Assembly: GCA_963798085.1 (NCBI GenBank)
Contig: CAWCRS010000002.1
Location: forward strand, 64,001-128,000
From: an uncultured Gemmatimonadales bacterium
GTDB taxonomy: Bacteria > Gemmatimonadota > Gemmatimonadetes > Longimicrobiales > RSA9
Direction: 5' to 3'
DNA: 64,000 nucleotides
Each line of letters opens with the position of its first letter. Position 1 is the first letter of the stretch. The notes below the pieces were generated by a model that was not told the origin of the DNA, did no database searches, and saw only the letters and a program-made list of their open reading frames with translations. Of the stretch, positions 38,978 through 48,696 are shown one piece after another. Made by a program: the position numbers and the translations under genes.

Positions 38978-41905
38978 ATGACGGCTTCCTGGCTGCTGGC
39001 ATTCGCAACGTTGTTGCCTCAGGGCGGCGCTGGTGACACGGCCAGGGCGGTGGTGCATCACGCGCAGGCCGCGGTGGAGGGTGACAGCGTGGCTGTGGTG
39101 GAGCGCCGCTGGCGCCGTGAGGCGGGGGTGGTGCGGAGCGCGCGTGCTGCGCTTCTCGGTCTGGCGACCCTGGCGCAACTGACCTACCAGCCGGCTCGAG
39201 CCGAGTCGCTGTACGTCTCGCTGATCCGGGCCCGGGATGACGACGCCATTGCGCGCGAGTCGAGAGTGGGCCAGGCGCACAGTCGCGTGGCATTGGGCGA
39301 TCTGCAGGCCGGCGATTCGCTGTTCGCGCTGGCCGCGAACCGTGCGCGGGCGGCGGGCGACAGCAGCCGCGAGGCGGAGGCGCTCCTGTCGGGCAGTCTG
39401 ACGCGGCTGCGTGTTGCGGACGCCGTGCGCGCCCTGCGCCTCGTCGACCTTGCAGACTCGGTGTTACCAGCCAGGGATGACGAAGGCGAGGTGCAGGCCC
39501 GTTGCACGCGTGCCTGGATCGATGCGACACGCAGTGTGGCCAGCGCCCGGCTGGCAGCGGACTCGGGCGCCGCGGATGCGCACCGTCTGGGTTTCCGCCG
39601 CATGGAAGCGTTCTGCAACCATGTGGTGGCTTCGGTCATCGACCAGCTGGGCTACACGGACAGTGCGCGCCAGCACCTGCGGCTGGTCGAGCGCCTGCAG
39701 CGCGAGACGCATGATCGCAGCGCCCTCGCCGCCACGCTGCAGTGGCGGGGTTACATGTCGTTCAACACCGGGCATTACGCCGAGGCGAAGCGCGATCTGT
39801 ACGCCGCGATCGAGGAAGCGGTCGCGTCCGGCAACCGCTCGGCGCTGGCGTGGTCGTGGCTGTCGCTGGCACAGGTATCGCTCGCGCTTTCCGACCTGCC
39901 CACAGCGACGACGTACACCGAGCGTGCGGATTCACTGCTGGAAGCCCAGGGCGATCTCTGGGGCCGCACCGCCGCCGCCGCCGTGCGTGCGCGTATTGCG
40001 CGTCACACGGGTGACCTGGAGCTGGCACGCGCTGCCGCACTCCGCTTTCGTACGGGTGCGGAAGCGCTGGGCGGGAGCTGGCGCGTCACCGCGCTCTCGG
40101 TGCTGGGCGCAGTCGCCGAATCCGAAGGCAATGCCGGCCAGGCGAAGATTCTGCTGGACAGTGCCCTGGTGCTGGCGCAGCGTGATCACCTGCTCGGCAT
40201 TCAGTTGAGCCTGCTGGCCGACCTGTCGCGCGTGGAGCTGAAGCTGGGCGACCCGCGCGCGTCGCTGCGCCGGCTGTCCGGGCTGCCGCCGTTTCACTCG
40301 TCGCCCGCCTACCGTTACTCGCAACGCATCAGCTCGGCGGCTGCCCTGCTCGCACTGCACGATCCTGCCGCAGCGGAAGCCGAGGTGCGCTCGGCGCTCG
40401 ATTCGCTGGAGGCATGGCGCGCCGGACTGGATGATGCCGATCTGCGCGTGGTCGCCTTCTCTCTCACGGATGATCGACCGGCGGAGTCGGACCTCGCGAG
40501 TGTGCTCGTGGGTCTGGTGGATGCGGGCCGCGTCGAGGCCGCGTTCGAGTTTGCGGAGCGTCGTCGTGCTCGCCTGCTGCTGGACCGGCTGGCGTTGCTG
40601 GCCGACACAGGGGCTGCGCCCGGCACAGGCCAGCACATGGATGCGGCGGCGCTGCGGCCCGACGCGCTGCGCCGATCCCTGCCCGACGCGCACACCGCCA
40701 TGCTCGAATTCGCGACCGGTGATGCGACGTCGCCGGTCAGCGCCTACGTGGTGACGCAGACCGCCGTGGCCGCCGTGGTGCTGCCGCCGCTGACGGCGGT
40801 GACCGATGCGATAACACGCCTGTTATCGCTTGCGGAAGGCGGCAGTGCGGTGGCTTCGCCGGCGGAGCAGCTGGGTGCGTCGCTGCTGGCAAAGGTGCTG
40901 CCGCTGCTGCCGGACTCGATCACACGACTCGTCATCATTGCCGACCGCGGACTGCACGATGTGCCCTGGGAGCTGCTGCAGCTGCCGGATGGACGCGCGC
41001 TGCTCGATCGCTACGTCATCAGCACCTCGCCGTCGGCGTCGGTCGCGGCCAGGCTGTGGCAGCGGCCGCGCGCAATGCAGGCGGGCGGCGTGCTGGCGTT
41101 CGGCGCGCCGCGTTTCCCGAGCCTGCAGGCAGGCAGCGCGCAGAGTGCGCCGGTACGTGCAGCGTTCCTGGAGAACGGCGGGCTGCCAGGCTTGCGCTAT
41201 TCGGCGGCGGAGGCGAAGCGCCTGCGCACGCGGGCCGTTGCCGGCGAAGTTCGGCTCTCGGGCAATGCCAGCGAGGCCTACCTCAAGCATGCCGACCTGC
41301 GCAGCGTCAGCGTGCTGCATCTGGCCACACACGCGCTGGTCAATGATCGCAGTGCCGAGCGCGCCGCACTGGCTCTGGCGCCTGGCGACGGCGAAGACGG
41401 TTTCCTGACACCACCCGAGCTGGCCGCGCTGCGTCTGCCGGTGGATCTCGTGGTGCTCTCTGCCTGTCGCACGGCGAGGGGACCGGTGGCGGGGAGCGAA
41501 GGCGTAACGGGCCTCTCGACAGCGGCATTGCAGGCGGGCGCCCGGGCGGTACTCGCTTCCACATGGTCCGTGAGCGACGAAGCGAGCGCCGCGTTCATCG
41601 AGCGCTTCTACCATCAGGCCGCGGCCGGGCTCGACGCGGCCGCCGCCCTGACCGAAGCCAAGCGCGCGGCGCGTGACGCGGGCCTGCCGCCGCGCGACTG
41701 GGCAGCCTTCAAGCTCATCGGTGATCCCTTCGTGAAATTGCCGCTGCACGAGCCGCCGCCCGCGTTGGCACTGCGCACGAAGCTGGCGCTGGCCGGCGGG
41801 TTGCTGCTGCTGACCCTCGCTCTGGCTCAGGGTGTCAGGCGCAGTCGCCGTAAGGTCGACACCGCGCGCGTACCATCCTCGCGCACCGCTTCGACCCGCC
41901 ACTGA
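38978..41905 (+). CDS. TPR-like + CHAT (caspase-like) domain protein with C-terminal TM
   Basis: LHDVPWELL, ASEAYLK, VLHLATHA, DGFLT, LVVLSACRT, GARAVLASTWSVSD, DWAAF. Confidence 0.9.
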   Translation: MTASWLLAFATLLPQGGAGDTARAVVHHAQAAVEGDSVAVVERRWRREAGVVRSARAALLGLATLAQLTYQPARAESLYVSLIRARDDDAIARESRVGQAHSRVALGDLQAGDSLFALAANRARAAGDSSREAEALLSGSLTRLRVADAVRALRLVDLADSVLPARDDEGEVQARCTRAWIDATRSVASARLAADSGAADAHRLGFRRMEAFCNHVVASVIDQLGYTDSARQHLRLVERLQRETHDRSALAATLQWRGYMSFNTGHYAEAKRDLYAAIEEAVASGNRSALAWSWLSLAQVSLALSDLPTATTYTERADSLLEAQGDLWGRTAAAAVRARIARHTGDLELARAAALRFRTGAEALGGSWRVTALSVLGAVAESEGNAGQAKILLDSALVLAQRDHLLGIQLSLLADLSRVELKLGDPRASLRRLSGLPPFHSSPAYRYSQRISSAAALLALHDPAAAEAEVRSALDSLEAWRAGLDDADLRVVAFSLTDDRPAESDLASVLVGLVDAGRVEAAFEFAERRRARLLLDRLALLADTGAAPGTGQHMDAAALRPDALRRSLPDAHTAMLEFATGDATSPVSAYVVTQTAVAAVVLPPLTAVTDAITRLLSLAEGGSAVASPAEQLGASLLAKVLPLLPDSITRLVIIADRGLHDVPWELLQLPDGRALLDRYVISTSPSASVAARLWQRPRAMQAGGVLAFGAPRFPSLQAGSAQSAPVRAAFLENGGLPGLRYSAAEAKRLRTRAVAGEVRLSGNASEAYLKHADLRSVSVLHLATHALVNDRSAERAALALAPGDGEDGFLTPPELAALRLPVDLVVLSACRTARGPVAGSEGVTGLSTAALQAGARAVLASTWSVSDEASAAFIERFYHQAAAGLDAAAALTEAKRAARDAGLPPRDWAAFKLIGDPFVKLPLHEPPPALALRTKLALAGGLLLLTLALAQGVRRSRRKVDTARVPSSRTASTRH

Positions 41906-42456
41906 CGGGCGCCGAGCGCGTGCTCGAGACGCATGGGCACGATGTCTAACGCGGTGTCAGGCGATTGCTGCGTCAGCAGCACGGCGCCGGTGCTGTCCAG
42001 CAGCTCGAGGCGATAGAGGCGGGCGCCGGCCGTGGCATGCCACACGAAGCGCGCGGATTCCGCGGCGGACGTCGCAGCGCCAGCTTCCGGCGTGATCAGG
42101 GCAATGGCCCCGCCGGCGGCGCCGCGCATGGCCGGCGCCGGCTCGGGAGTCATGCGCCAGACGACCCACGTGCCCAGCAGCAGGACCAGCGACGCCGCGA
42201 TGGCCAGCGGCAGCCCCAGCCGGCGGATCGATTCGCCATGGCTCGCCTGCTCGGTTGCACGCAGCAACTCGAACTCGCTGGCGCAGCGGTTACAGCGCAT
42301 GACGTGGTCCAGCGTGCGCATGCGCTCGCCTTCATCGCCCGTGCGGTCAATGAGGGCGGTGATGGCCTCGGCGGGCGGGCATTCCTCCGGCGTGTCCGCA
42401 GCGCGGCGGGCGTAGCGGGCGCGCAATTCTGCGTCGCCTGGCTGTTCATGCGTCAT
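41827..42456 (-). CDS. Zinc-binding membrane anti-sigma factor with extracytoplasmic beta domain
   Basis: ECP..DHVMRCNRC, TM LAIAASLVLLLGTWVVW, then FVWH..YRLEL..WRVEA. Confidence 0.75.
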   Translation of the reverse strand: MTHEQPGDAELRARYARRAADTPEECPPAEAITALIDRTGDEGERMRTLDHVMRCNRCASEFELLRATEQASHGESIRRLGLPLAIAASLVLLLGTWVVWRMTPEPAPAMRGAAGGAIALITPEAGAATSAAESARFVWHATAGARLYRLELLDSTGAVLLTQQSPDTALDIVPMRLEHALGARQWRVEAVREDGTRAVSTLRRLRLTP

Positions 42457-42973
42457 GGGCCCCCTCGGGCGCGAGCTGCGCGCGCAGGTCCGCGAGTCCG
42501 CGATAGAGCAGGTTGCGCGTCTTGGGCTCACTCCAGCCGAACAGCTGCCCGATCTCGCGCTGCGTGTAGCCGGCGAGGTACATGCGGACCACGCCTCTCC
42601 TGGATTCCGCCAGCGTGCCGACGGCGCGCTCGAGAGTAGCGGCGGCTTCGTCGCGTTCCACCGGATCCGGCTGCGTCTTCGCCATGGCTTCCTCCGGCGC
42701 TGCGTCCAGGTGGATTGCGGCATGCTCGCCGCGGACCCGCCGCCGGCGCATCCGGTCGATGAGCACGGCGCGAACCACTCTGTAGACATAGGACGCAGGG
42801 AGGCGGGAAATCCTCTCGGCTTCGGGAACGGCCTGCCATACGCGGATGCGGACCTGCTGCATGATCTCGTCGAGATCGGCATGGCTGGCCGCGTGGCCGT
42901 GGGCCAGCCGCAGAATGCGGCTCTGGCAGCGGTGCAGCAGTGCATCCAGCTCGCGTGACAGCGCGTCAGTCAT
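42446..42973 (-). CDS. ECF sigma-70 factor
   Basis: DLDEIMQQVRIRVW, SYVYRV..IDRMRRR, GYTQREIGQLFGWSEPKTRNLLYRG. Confidence 0.88.
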   Translation of the reverse strand: MTDALSRELDALLHRCQSRILRLAHGHAASHADLDEIMQQVRIRVWQAVPEAERISRLPASYVYRVVRAVLIDRMRRRRVRGEHAAIHLDAAPEEAMAKTQPDPVERDEAAATLERAVGTLAESRRGVVRMYLAGYTQREIGQLFGWSEPKTRNLLYRGLADLRAQLAPEGAHDA

Positions 42974-43031
42974 GCCGGCAAACGTAGCCGTCTGCCCACG
43001 GACGTGTGAAGCAGGGGACAAATCCGTAGAG

Positions 43032-43058
43032 TGAGACGCGCGAGGTCCGCCGTGCGTC
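43032..43058 (+). promoter_or_regulatory. Putative ECF promoter (TGAGA-N16-TGCGTC)
   Basis: CGTC-type -10 element; shared with the upstream region of 30813. Confidence 0.4.
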
Positions 43059-43092
43059 CTTTCATGGCGGAGGTCCCATCGGAGGCGGCTTC

Positions 43093-44481
43093 ATGCGGAA
43101 TCGCAATGTCGTCCTGCTTGCACTCATGCTGCTGGGAAGCTGCAAGTGCAACGAGGACAGCACGAGCATCGACCCGTGCACTTTCACTGATACCTGTCCG
43201 AGCGACAGCCCGGTCGTTGTCGCAGCTGCCAGCGCCACACTGCAATCCGTGCCCTCCGGCGGCGCCGTGCCGGATCCTCCCGCCATACAGCTGTTGCGTG
43301 ACGGTCAGCCGTTCGTCAATCCGCTGTGCCTGGTGACCTTCAGTGTGACCGGTGGAGGCGGGCAGCTCTACAGTCTGACGGCCCCGGGAGGCGCCACATC
43401 CGCGCTGGTGCTGATGACCACATCGGTGGCGCGCGTCGACCGGTGGGTGCTGGGCACGGCCACAGGACAGAACGCCGTCCGCGCCACGGTCGGCTGCTCC
43501 GGGTTCTACAACGTTTCGTATCAGTCGCGGGATTTCGTCGCCAACGGCGTAACCGAGCAGGCCGGGTTCATCACGAAAGTGGCGGGCGACAATCAGAGCG
43601 CAGAGGTGGGTTCGCCGCTGATCGATCCGCTTCGTGTCCGCGTCGACGTGCGACCCGGTGTGCCGCTGCCCCTCGCCAGCGTCGCCTTCCGCGTCGCATC
43701 GGGCGGCGGCAACCTGAACGGCCCGACCACGGTATTGGCCACGACCGACGCCTACGGCTTCGCCAATTCACCGATCTGGACGCTGGGCAGTGCAGCCGGT
43801 GTGCAGACCACCGAAGCGTCCGTGACGAACCTGCCCGCCGTGACGTTCACCGCCCATGCGCTGACGCTGACTGCGGCCCAGGTCAGCGCGTCGAGCGTAC
43901 CCGCCGGCGCCGCCGGCCAGCTCGCCAGCCCCGCTCCGGCCGTTCTCGTGCAGGACCGGCTGGGCAACCCGATCGCGAACGCCAGTGTGCGCTTCGCCGT
44001 CACGGCGGGCAATGGCAGCACCAGCGGCAACGGGGTGCTTTCTGGCGCCAACGGCATTGCGATCGGCGATTGGCGCCTGGGCAGTCCGGGCGTGAACACC
44101 CTTACAGGTACAGTCATCAGAGGCGGCGTGGCGGATCCCAACGTGGCCGGCAATCCGGTCACATTCACCGTAAACGTCGTAGCATCGAGCGGAATCCGCG
44201 TGATCGTGACGATCTACAGCGAGCCGGTGTCGGGCGTGACTGCTACCATCAGCGGCCCTTCCTCCGCCAGCGGCACGACAGACAGTAACGGCACCGTGCT
44301 GTTCGCGCCGCTCAATCCGGGCACCTACTCGGTGACGATCGTTCCGCCCGCATTCACCTATTTCGATCCCACCACGCAGCAGGTGGTGGTCGTCAACGGC
44401 CAGACCACGGACGTCGTGTTCGAAGGATATGGGGCGTTGGCCATGGCCGGCGCGTGGCGAGGCGCCGGTCGGAACTGGTAG
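43093..44481 (+). CDS. Ig-like repeat lipoprotein, paralogue of 30813-32240
   Basis: LLGSC lipobox, GDNQSA, TDAYGFA, GNPVTF, and the same C-terminal domain. Confidence 0.78.
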   Translation: MRNRNVVLLALMLLGSCKCNEDSTSIDPCTFTDTCPSDSPVVVAAASATLQSVPSGGAVPDPPAIQLLRDGQPFVNPLCLVTFSVTGGGGQLYSLTAPGGATSALVLMTTSVARVDRWVLGTATGQNAVRATVGCSGFYNVSYQSRDFVANGVTEQAGFITKVAGDNQSAEVGSPLIDPLRVRVDVRPGVPLPLASVAFRVASGGGNLNGPTTVLATTDAYGFANSPIWTLGSAAGVQTTEASVTNLPAVTFTAHALTLTAAQVSASSVPAGAAGQLASPAPAVLVQDRLGNPIANASVRFAVTAGNGSTSGNGVLSGANGIAIGDWRLGSPGVNTLTGTVIRGGVADPNVAGNPVTFTVNVVASSGIRVIVTIYSEPVSGVTATISGPSSASGTTDSNGTVLFAPLNPGTYSVTIVPPAFTYFDPTTQQVVVVNGQTTDVVFEGYGALAMAGAWRGAGRNW

Positions 44482-44496
44482 TGCGGATACGCTCGC

Positions 44497-45675
44497 TCAG
44501 AACGCGCTGAAGCCGGTCAGGTCCTGGCCCAGGATGAGACCGTGCACGTCGTGCGTGCCTTCGTAGGTGTAGACGGACTCGAGGTTGGCCATGTGGCGCA
44601 TGGCAGAATACTCGACCAGGATGCCGTTGGCGCCCAGCAGGCGGCGGGCTTCGCGTGCCACGTCGCAGGCCATCGAGCAGTTGGCGCGCTTCGCGAGTGA
44701 GACCTGCTGCGGGCGCACCTTCTTCTGATCCTTGAGCCGGCCCAGCTGCAGGCAGAGCAGCTGACCCTGTGTTATGGAGGTGAGCATTTCCGCGAGCCGC
44801 ACCTGCTGGATCTGCTTGGCGCCAATGGGCTCGTCGAACATGACGCGCTCCTTCGAGTAGCGGAGCGCTTCATCGAAGCAGGCCATGGCCGCGCCCACCG
44901 CACCCCACGCGATGCCATACCTTGCCTGTGTCAGGCACATCAGCGGACTCTTGAGGCCCTTCGTTTCCGGTAACAGCGCGTCATCAGCCACGCGCACGTC
45001 CTGCAGGGCCAGCTCACTGGTATCCGATGCCAGCAGCGACAGCTTGCCCTTCTGGTCCCGCGCCGTGAAGCCGGGTGTGTCCGTGGGAACGATGAAGCCG
45101 CGGATGGACTCGACATCGCTCAGCTCGCCGGTCTTGGCCCAGATGATCGCGATGTTCGCCATGGAGCCGTTCGTGATCCACATCTTGGCGCCATTCAGCA
45201 CCCAGCCGTCCGCGGTCTGCTTCGCAGTAGTAATCATGCCGGCGGGGTTGGAGCCGTAATCCGGCTCCGTCAGGCCGAAGCAGCCGATCACCTCGCCAGC
45301 CGCCATGCGCGGCAGCCACTTCTGCTTCTGCGCCGTGCTGCCGAACGCGAAGATGGGATACATGCAGAGCGCGCCCTGCACCGAAGCGAAGGAACGGATG
45401 CCGGAGTCGCCGCGCTCCAGCTCCTGCATGATCAGGCCGTAGGCGACATTGTTCAGTCCGGCACAGCCATACTCTTCGGGCAGATTCGCGCCGAGCATGC
45501 CCAGCTCCGCCATCTGCGGTATCAGCTGCTTCGGAAAATGCCGCGCGATGTACGCTTCCTGGATCACCGGCAACAGGTTGTCATCCACCCAGCTGCGCAC
45601 GGTGTCACGCACCATGCGTTCATCCTCGCCGAGCAGCGAATCCGTATCGAAGTAGTCTATGCCCTGGAAGGCCAT
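44497..45675 (-). CDS. Acyl-CoA dehydrogenase (glutaryl-CoA dehydrogenase-like)
   Basis: QELERGDSGIRS, GCFGLTEPDYGSNP, NGAKMWITN, LGANGI, NLESVYTYEGTHDVH. Confidence 0.9.
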   Translation of the reverse strand: MAFQGIDYFDTDSLLGEDERMVRDTVRSWVDDNLLPVIQEAYIARHFPKQLIPQMAELGMLGANLPEEYGCAGLNNVAYGLIMQELERGDSGIRSFASVQGALCMYPIFAFGSTAQKQKWLPRMAAGEVIGCFGLTEPDYGSNPAGMITTAKQTADGWVLNGAKMWITNGSMANIAIIWAKTGELSDVESIRGFIVPTDTPGFTARDQKGKLSLLASDTSELALQDVRVADDALLPETKGLKSPLMCLTQARYGIAWGAVGAAMACFDEALRYSKERVMFDEPIGAKQIQQVRLAEMLTSITQGQLLCLQLGRLKDQKKVRPQQVSLAKRANCSMACDVAREARRLLGANGILVEYSAMRHMANLESVYTYEGTHDVHGLILGQDLTGFSAF

Positions 45676-45887
45676 GGTTGTGGCGCTCGTCCTGGTTCTG
45701 GTTGGCGCGGAAGGTAGTCGGCGGCAGGGAATCTGAAAAGCGTTTCCGGGGCTGGGGCTCGGGCTGGTTGCTGGGCAACGACACCCGAGAGAATCGGAGT
45801 TCCATCCGTTCCGGAGCCGCCGGCAACGCAGTTCCCGGTCGAGGCGTGTTCCGCTGGACGGCCGGCAATGCACGGGACGCCGGTCTG

Positions 45888-46911
45888 CTACCCTAACCGC
45901 CTGATAATGGCAGCGGCGAAGTCGGCGGTGCCACTGCGGCCGCCCAGATCCGGCGTCAGCGTGTCGTGCACCTCGAGGGTCTGCTGTGTGGCGCGACGCA
46001 CGCGCTCCGCCGCTTCGCCCTGCCCCACGTGTTCCAGCATCATGCAGGCGGCCAGGATCATGGCCGTGGGGTTGGCGATGCCCCTGCCGGCGAGGTCGGG
46101 CGCGGAGCCGTGCACCGGCTCGAACATGGCCGCTTCCCGTCCGATGTTGCCGCCCGGCGCCATCCCCAGGCCACCCACGAGGCCGGCCATCTCGATCGCT
46201 CAGGATGTCACCGAACATGTTCTCCATCACCAGCACATCGAACTGCCAGGGATCGAGCACGAGCTGCATGGCCGTGGCATCAATGATCCGGTCGTCGAAG
46301 GCGACGCGGTCTGCGTACTCCTGCGCCACACGCCGGCCCTCGTCGAGGAACAGGCCCTGCGTGTACTTCAGGATATTGGCCTTGTGCGCGAGGGTCACTT
46401 TGCGCCGGCCGTGCGTCACTGCGTACTCGAAGGCATAACGCACAATGCGCTCCGCGCCGAAGCGCGTGATGATCATGACGGACTCGGCCGCGGCACGCGG
46501 ATCATCGCCCATGCCGATGTAGTGCTCGACGCCCACGTACAGGCCTTCGGTGTTCTCGCGAATGAGCACCAGGTCGATGTCATCGTAGCGGCCGCCCGGC
46601 ATGAGTGTGCGCGCCGGACGCACGTTGGCGTAGAGGTCGAATTCCTTGCGCAGTGTCACGTTGATGCTGCGGAAGCCGACGCCCACGGGTGTAGTGAGCG
46701 GCCCCTTCAGCGCGACGCGCGTACGGCGGATCGAGTCCAGAGTCGCGTCCGGCAGCGGTGTGTGCAGCGCATCGACTGCCGCCATGCCCGCCAGCTGGTA
46801 GTCCCATTGCAGCCGAGCGCCCGCTGCCTCGAGGACGCGCAGCGTTGCAGCCGTGATGTCCGGTCCAATGCCGTCGCCCGGAATCAGGGTCACGGCGGCG
46901 CCAGTGGTCAT
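45888..46911 (-). CDS. Isocitrate/isopropylmalate dehydrogenase family (NAD-IDH-like), frameshift near 46195
   Basis: [59 protein letters not shown] in a second frame. Confidence 0.9.
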
Positions 46912-46992
46912 TCGTCGTTCTTCCGGCTCAAATGGCTTCGATGAGGGAATCGCACCGGCGCGAGGCCCGGCGAAACGCAGATTCCGCCCGAC

Positions 46993-47590
46993 TCACTTCC
47001 CCGCGATGACGCCCGCCAGCGCATTGGCGGCCGTGGCGGCGGCGGCGGGGGAGCCTTCGGCCGCGGGCTTGCCGGCGACGACGCCGAACCAGAGAACGCG
47101 GCCGCCATCGGTCTCGATGAGGGCAAGGCTCATCTCCGACGTGGCCCGCGGCCGTGTCGCCGGGCGCGTACCAGGCGGCGACGGGCAATAGTGCGAATCG
47201 CGCACCCAGCAGCACACCCAGGCTGTGGAGATCGCCGAACAGCGGGTCGCCGATATTCTTCACCTGCGCGCGACGGAACGCGGAAACGGCCAGCGCGTGC
47301 AGGTCGATCTCGAGTCCGGGCGAGCGCGCGAGCGCCCGTTCCATCGCGGGTGGAAACACCCACTTCACACCGGGCAGCCGCTCACCCAGCGCGAACGCGA
47401 TCTCGCGGTCCAGCCCCGGCACCGGCTCCTTCGCCAGCGCACCCGGCCCCGGCTGCGCCGGCAGCATCATCACGGTCGCCCCCGTCATGTCCGGCGGCCG
47501 CGTCGCGTTCCCCGCCGCCGGCGGCGCCCGGTGGGCACAGCCCGCCAGCGACAACGCGTAGAGCGCCATGCTAATGATCTGTTTGGTCAA
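46993..47590 (-). CDS. Hypothetical lipoprotein (frameshift near 47135)
   Basis: LSLAGC lipobox; C-terminus ..LALIETDGGRVLWFG.. in ORF 46993-47217. Confidence 0.55.
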
Positions 47591-47654
47591 GCGATTTCTG
47601 CTCCGTTGACGACCGTGAAATGCGTTTCTGGGGCTGAAGCGACGCAATCGCAGT

Positions 47655-48473
47655 TCAAAGCATGTACCCGCCATCCACGGGAATCACGGCGCCGGTGACG
47701 TGGCGTGATTGCTCGGAGCAGAGGAAGAGCACCACGTGGGCGACGTCCTGGGGATCGCCGAGGCGGCGCAGCGCGCTGCGTTCGCGGGCGCGGTCCAGGA
47801 TCTCGGATGACACGCCCTCCGCCAGGCGGGTGGTGCGAATATAGCCGGGCGCGACCGCGTTCACGTTGATGTTGGACGGACCCAGCTCGACGGCGGCCGC
47901 GCGCGTCAGGCCGATCAGGCCCGCCTTGGACGCTGTGTAGTTGGCCAGACCGAATTCGCTGCGCAGTCCGTGCACCGATGCGATGTTGACGATCTTGCCG
48001 AACTGCTGGGCGCGGAACTGCGGTGTGCAGGCGCGGATCATGTTGAACGCGCCGGTGAGGTTGGTCTCGAGCACATCCGACCACTCGTCGTCTTCCATGC
48101 GCCAGAGCGCACGGTCGCGCGCAATGCCCGCGTTATTGATCAGGATGTGCAGTCCGCCCAGCGATTCGGCGGCTTCATCGACGAAGCGTCTGACGGCTGC
48201 GGCGTCGCGTACATCACACTCGCGACCGAAGACGGTGACTTCGAGCAGGCGCAGCTCGGCGGCGGTGCGCAGGGCGGCTTCGGCGGTGCGACCATCGCCT
48301 TCATCCATCCAGTTGAAGGCGACGTGTACACCGGTGCGTGCGAAGGCGAGGGCAATGGCGCGGCCGATACCGGTGGCGCCCCCGGTGACGATGGCGCCGT
48401 GACCGCGCAATTCGGCGCCCGTCCGCACCAGCTCGGGCCGGGGGTCCGCCACGACCGCCAGCAGTTCGTCCAC
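47655..48473 (-). CDS. SDR family oxidoreductase (FabG-like); start uncertain
   Basis: VTGGATGIG, LINNAG, IVNIAS, YTASK, NAVAPG, VDGG. Confidence 0.9.
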   Translation of the reverse strand: MDELLAVVADPRPELVRTGAELRGHGAIVTGGATGIGRAIALAFARTGVHVAFNWMDEGDGRTAEAALRTAAELRLLEVTVFGRECDVRDAAAVRRFVDEAAESLGGLHILINNAGIARDRALWRMEDDEWSDVLETNLTGAFNMIRACTPQFRAQQFGKIVNIASVHGLRSEFGLANYTASKAGLIGLTRAAAVELGPSNINVNAVAPGYIRTTRLAEGVSSEILDRARERSALRRLGDPQDVAHVVLFLCSEQSRHVTGAVIPVDGGYML

Positions 48474-48696
48474 GTCGCTCGCATCACCCGCCCCGGACTT
48501 GCCGGACGCGAACGGTCCCCGCGCTAACACGCCTCGGTCCCTCGGGCTGCCATGACACCTGCGGCCAACCGCGCCGACGGCAGCAGAGCTGCCCGGGGCG
48601 CGCGCCGGGAGGATGCCCCGTGCGCCATTGCCTGTCAAGCAGATTTCCTGCGGTGGGACCGGAACCTGGAGGGACAGCGTCGCCGGCGAACCCGCC

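Noticed and set aside
44497..46911. 804-aa apparent isocitrate dehydrogenase/acyl-CoA dehydrogenase fusion
   Set aside because: A frameshift near 46195 explains it: the IDH C-terminus is in ORF 45888-46190, the joining segment is not protein-like, and the acyl-CoA dehydrogenase has its own ATG at 45675.
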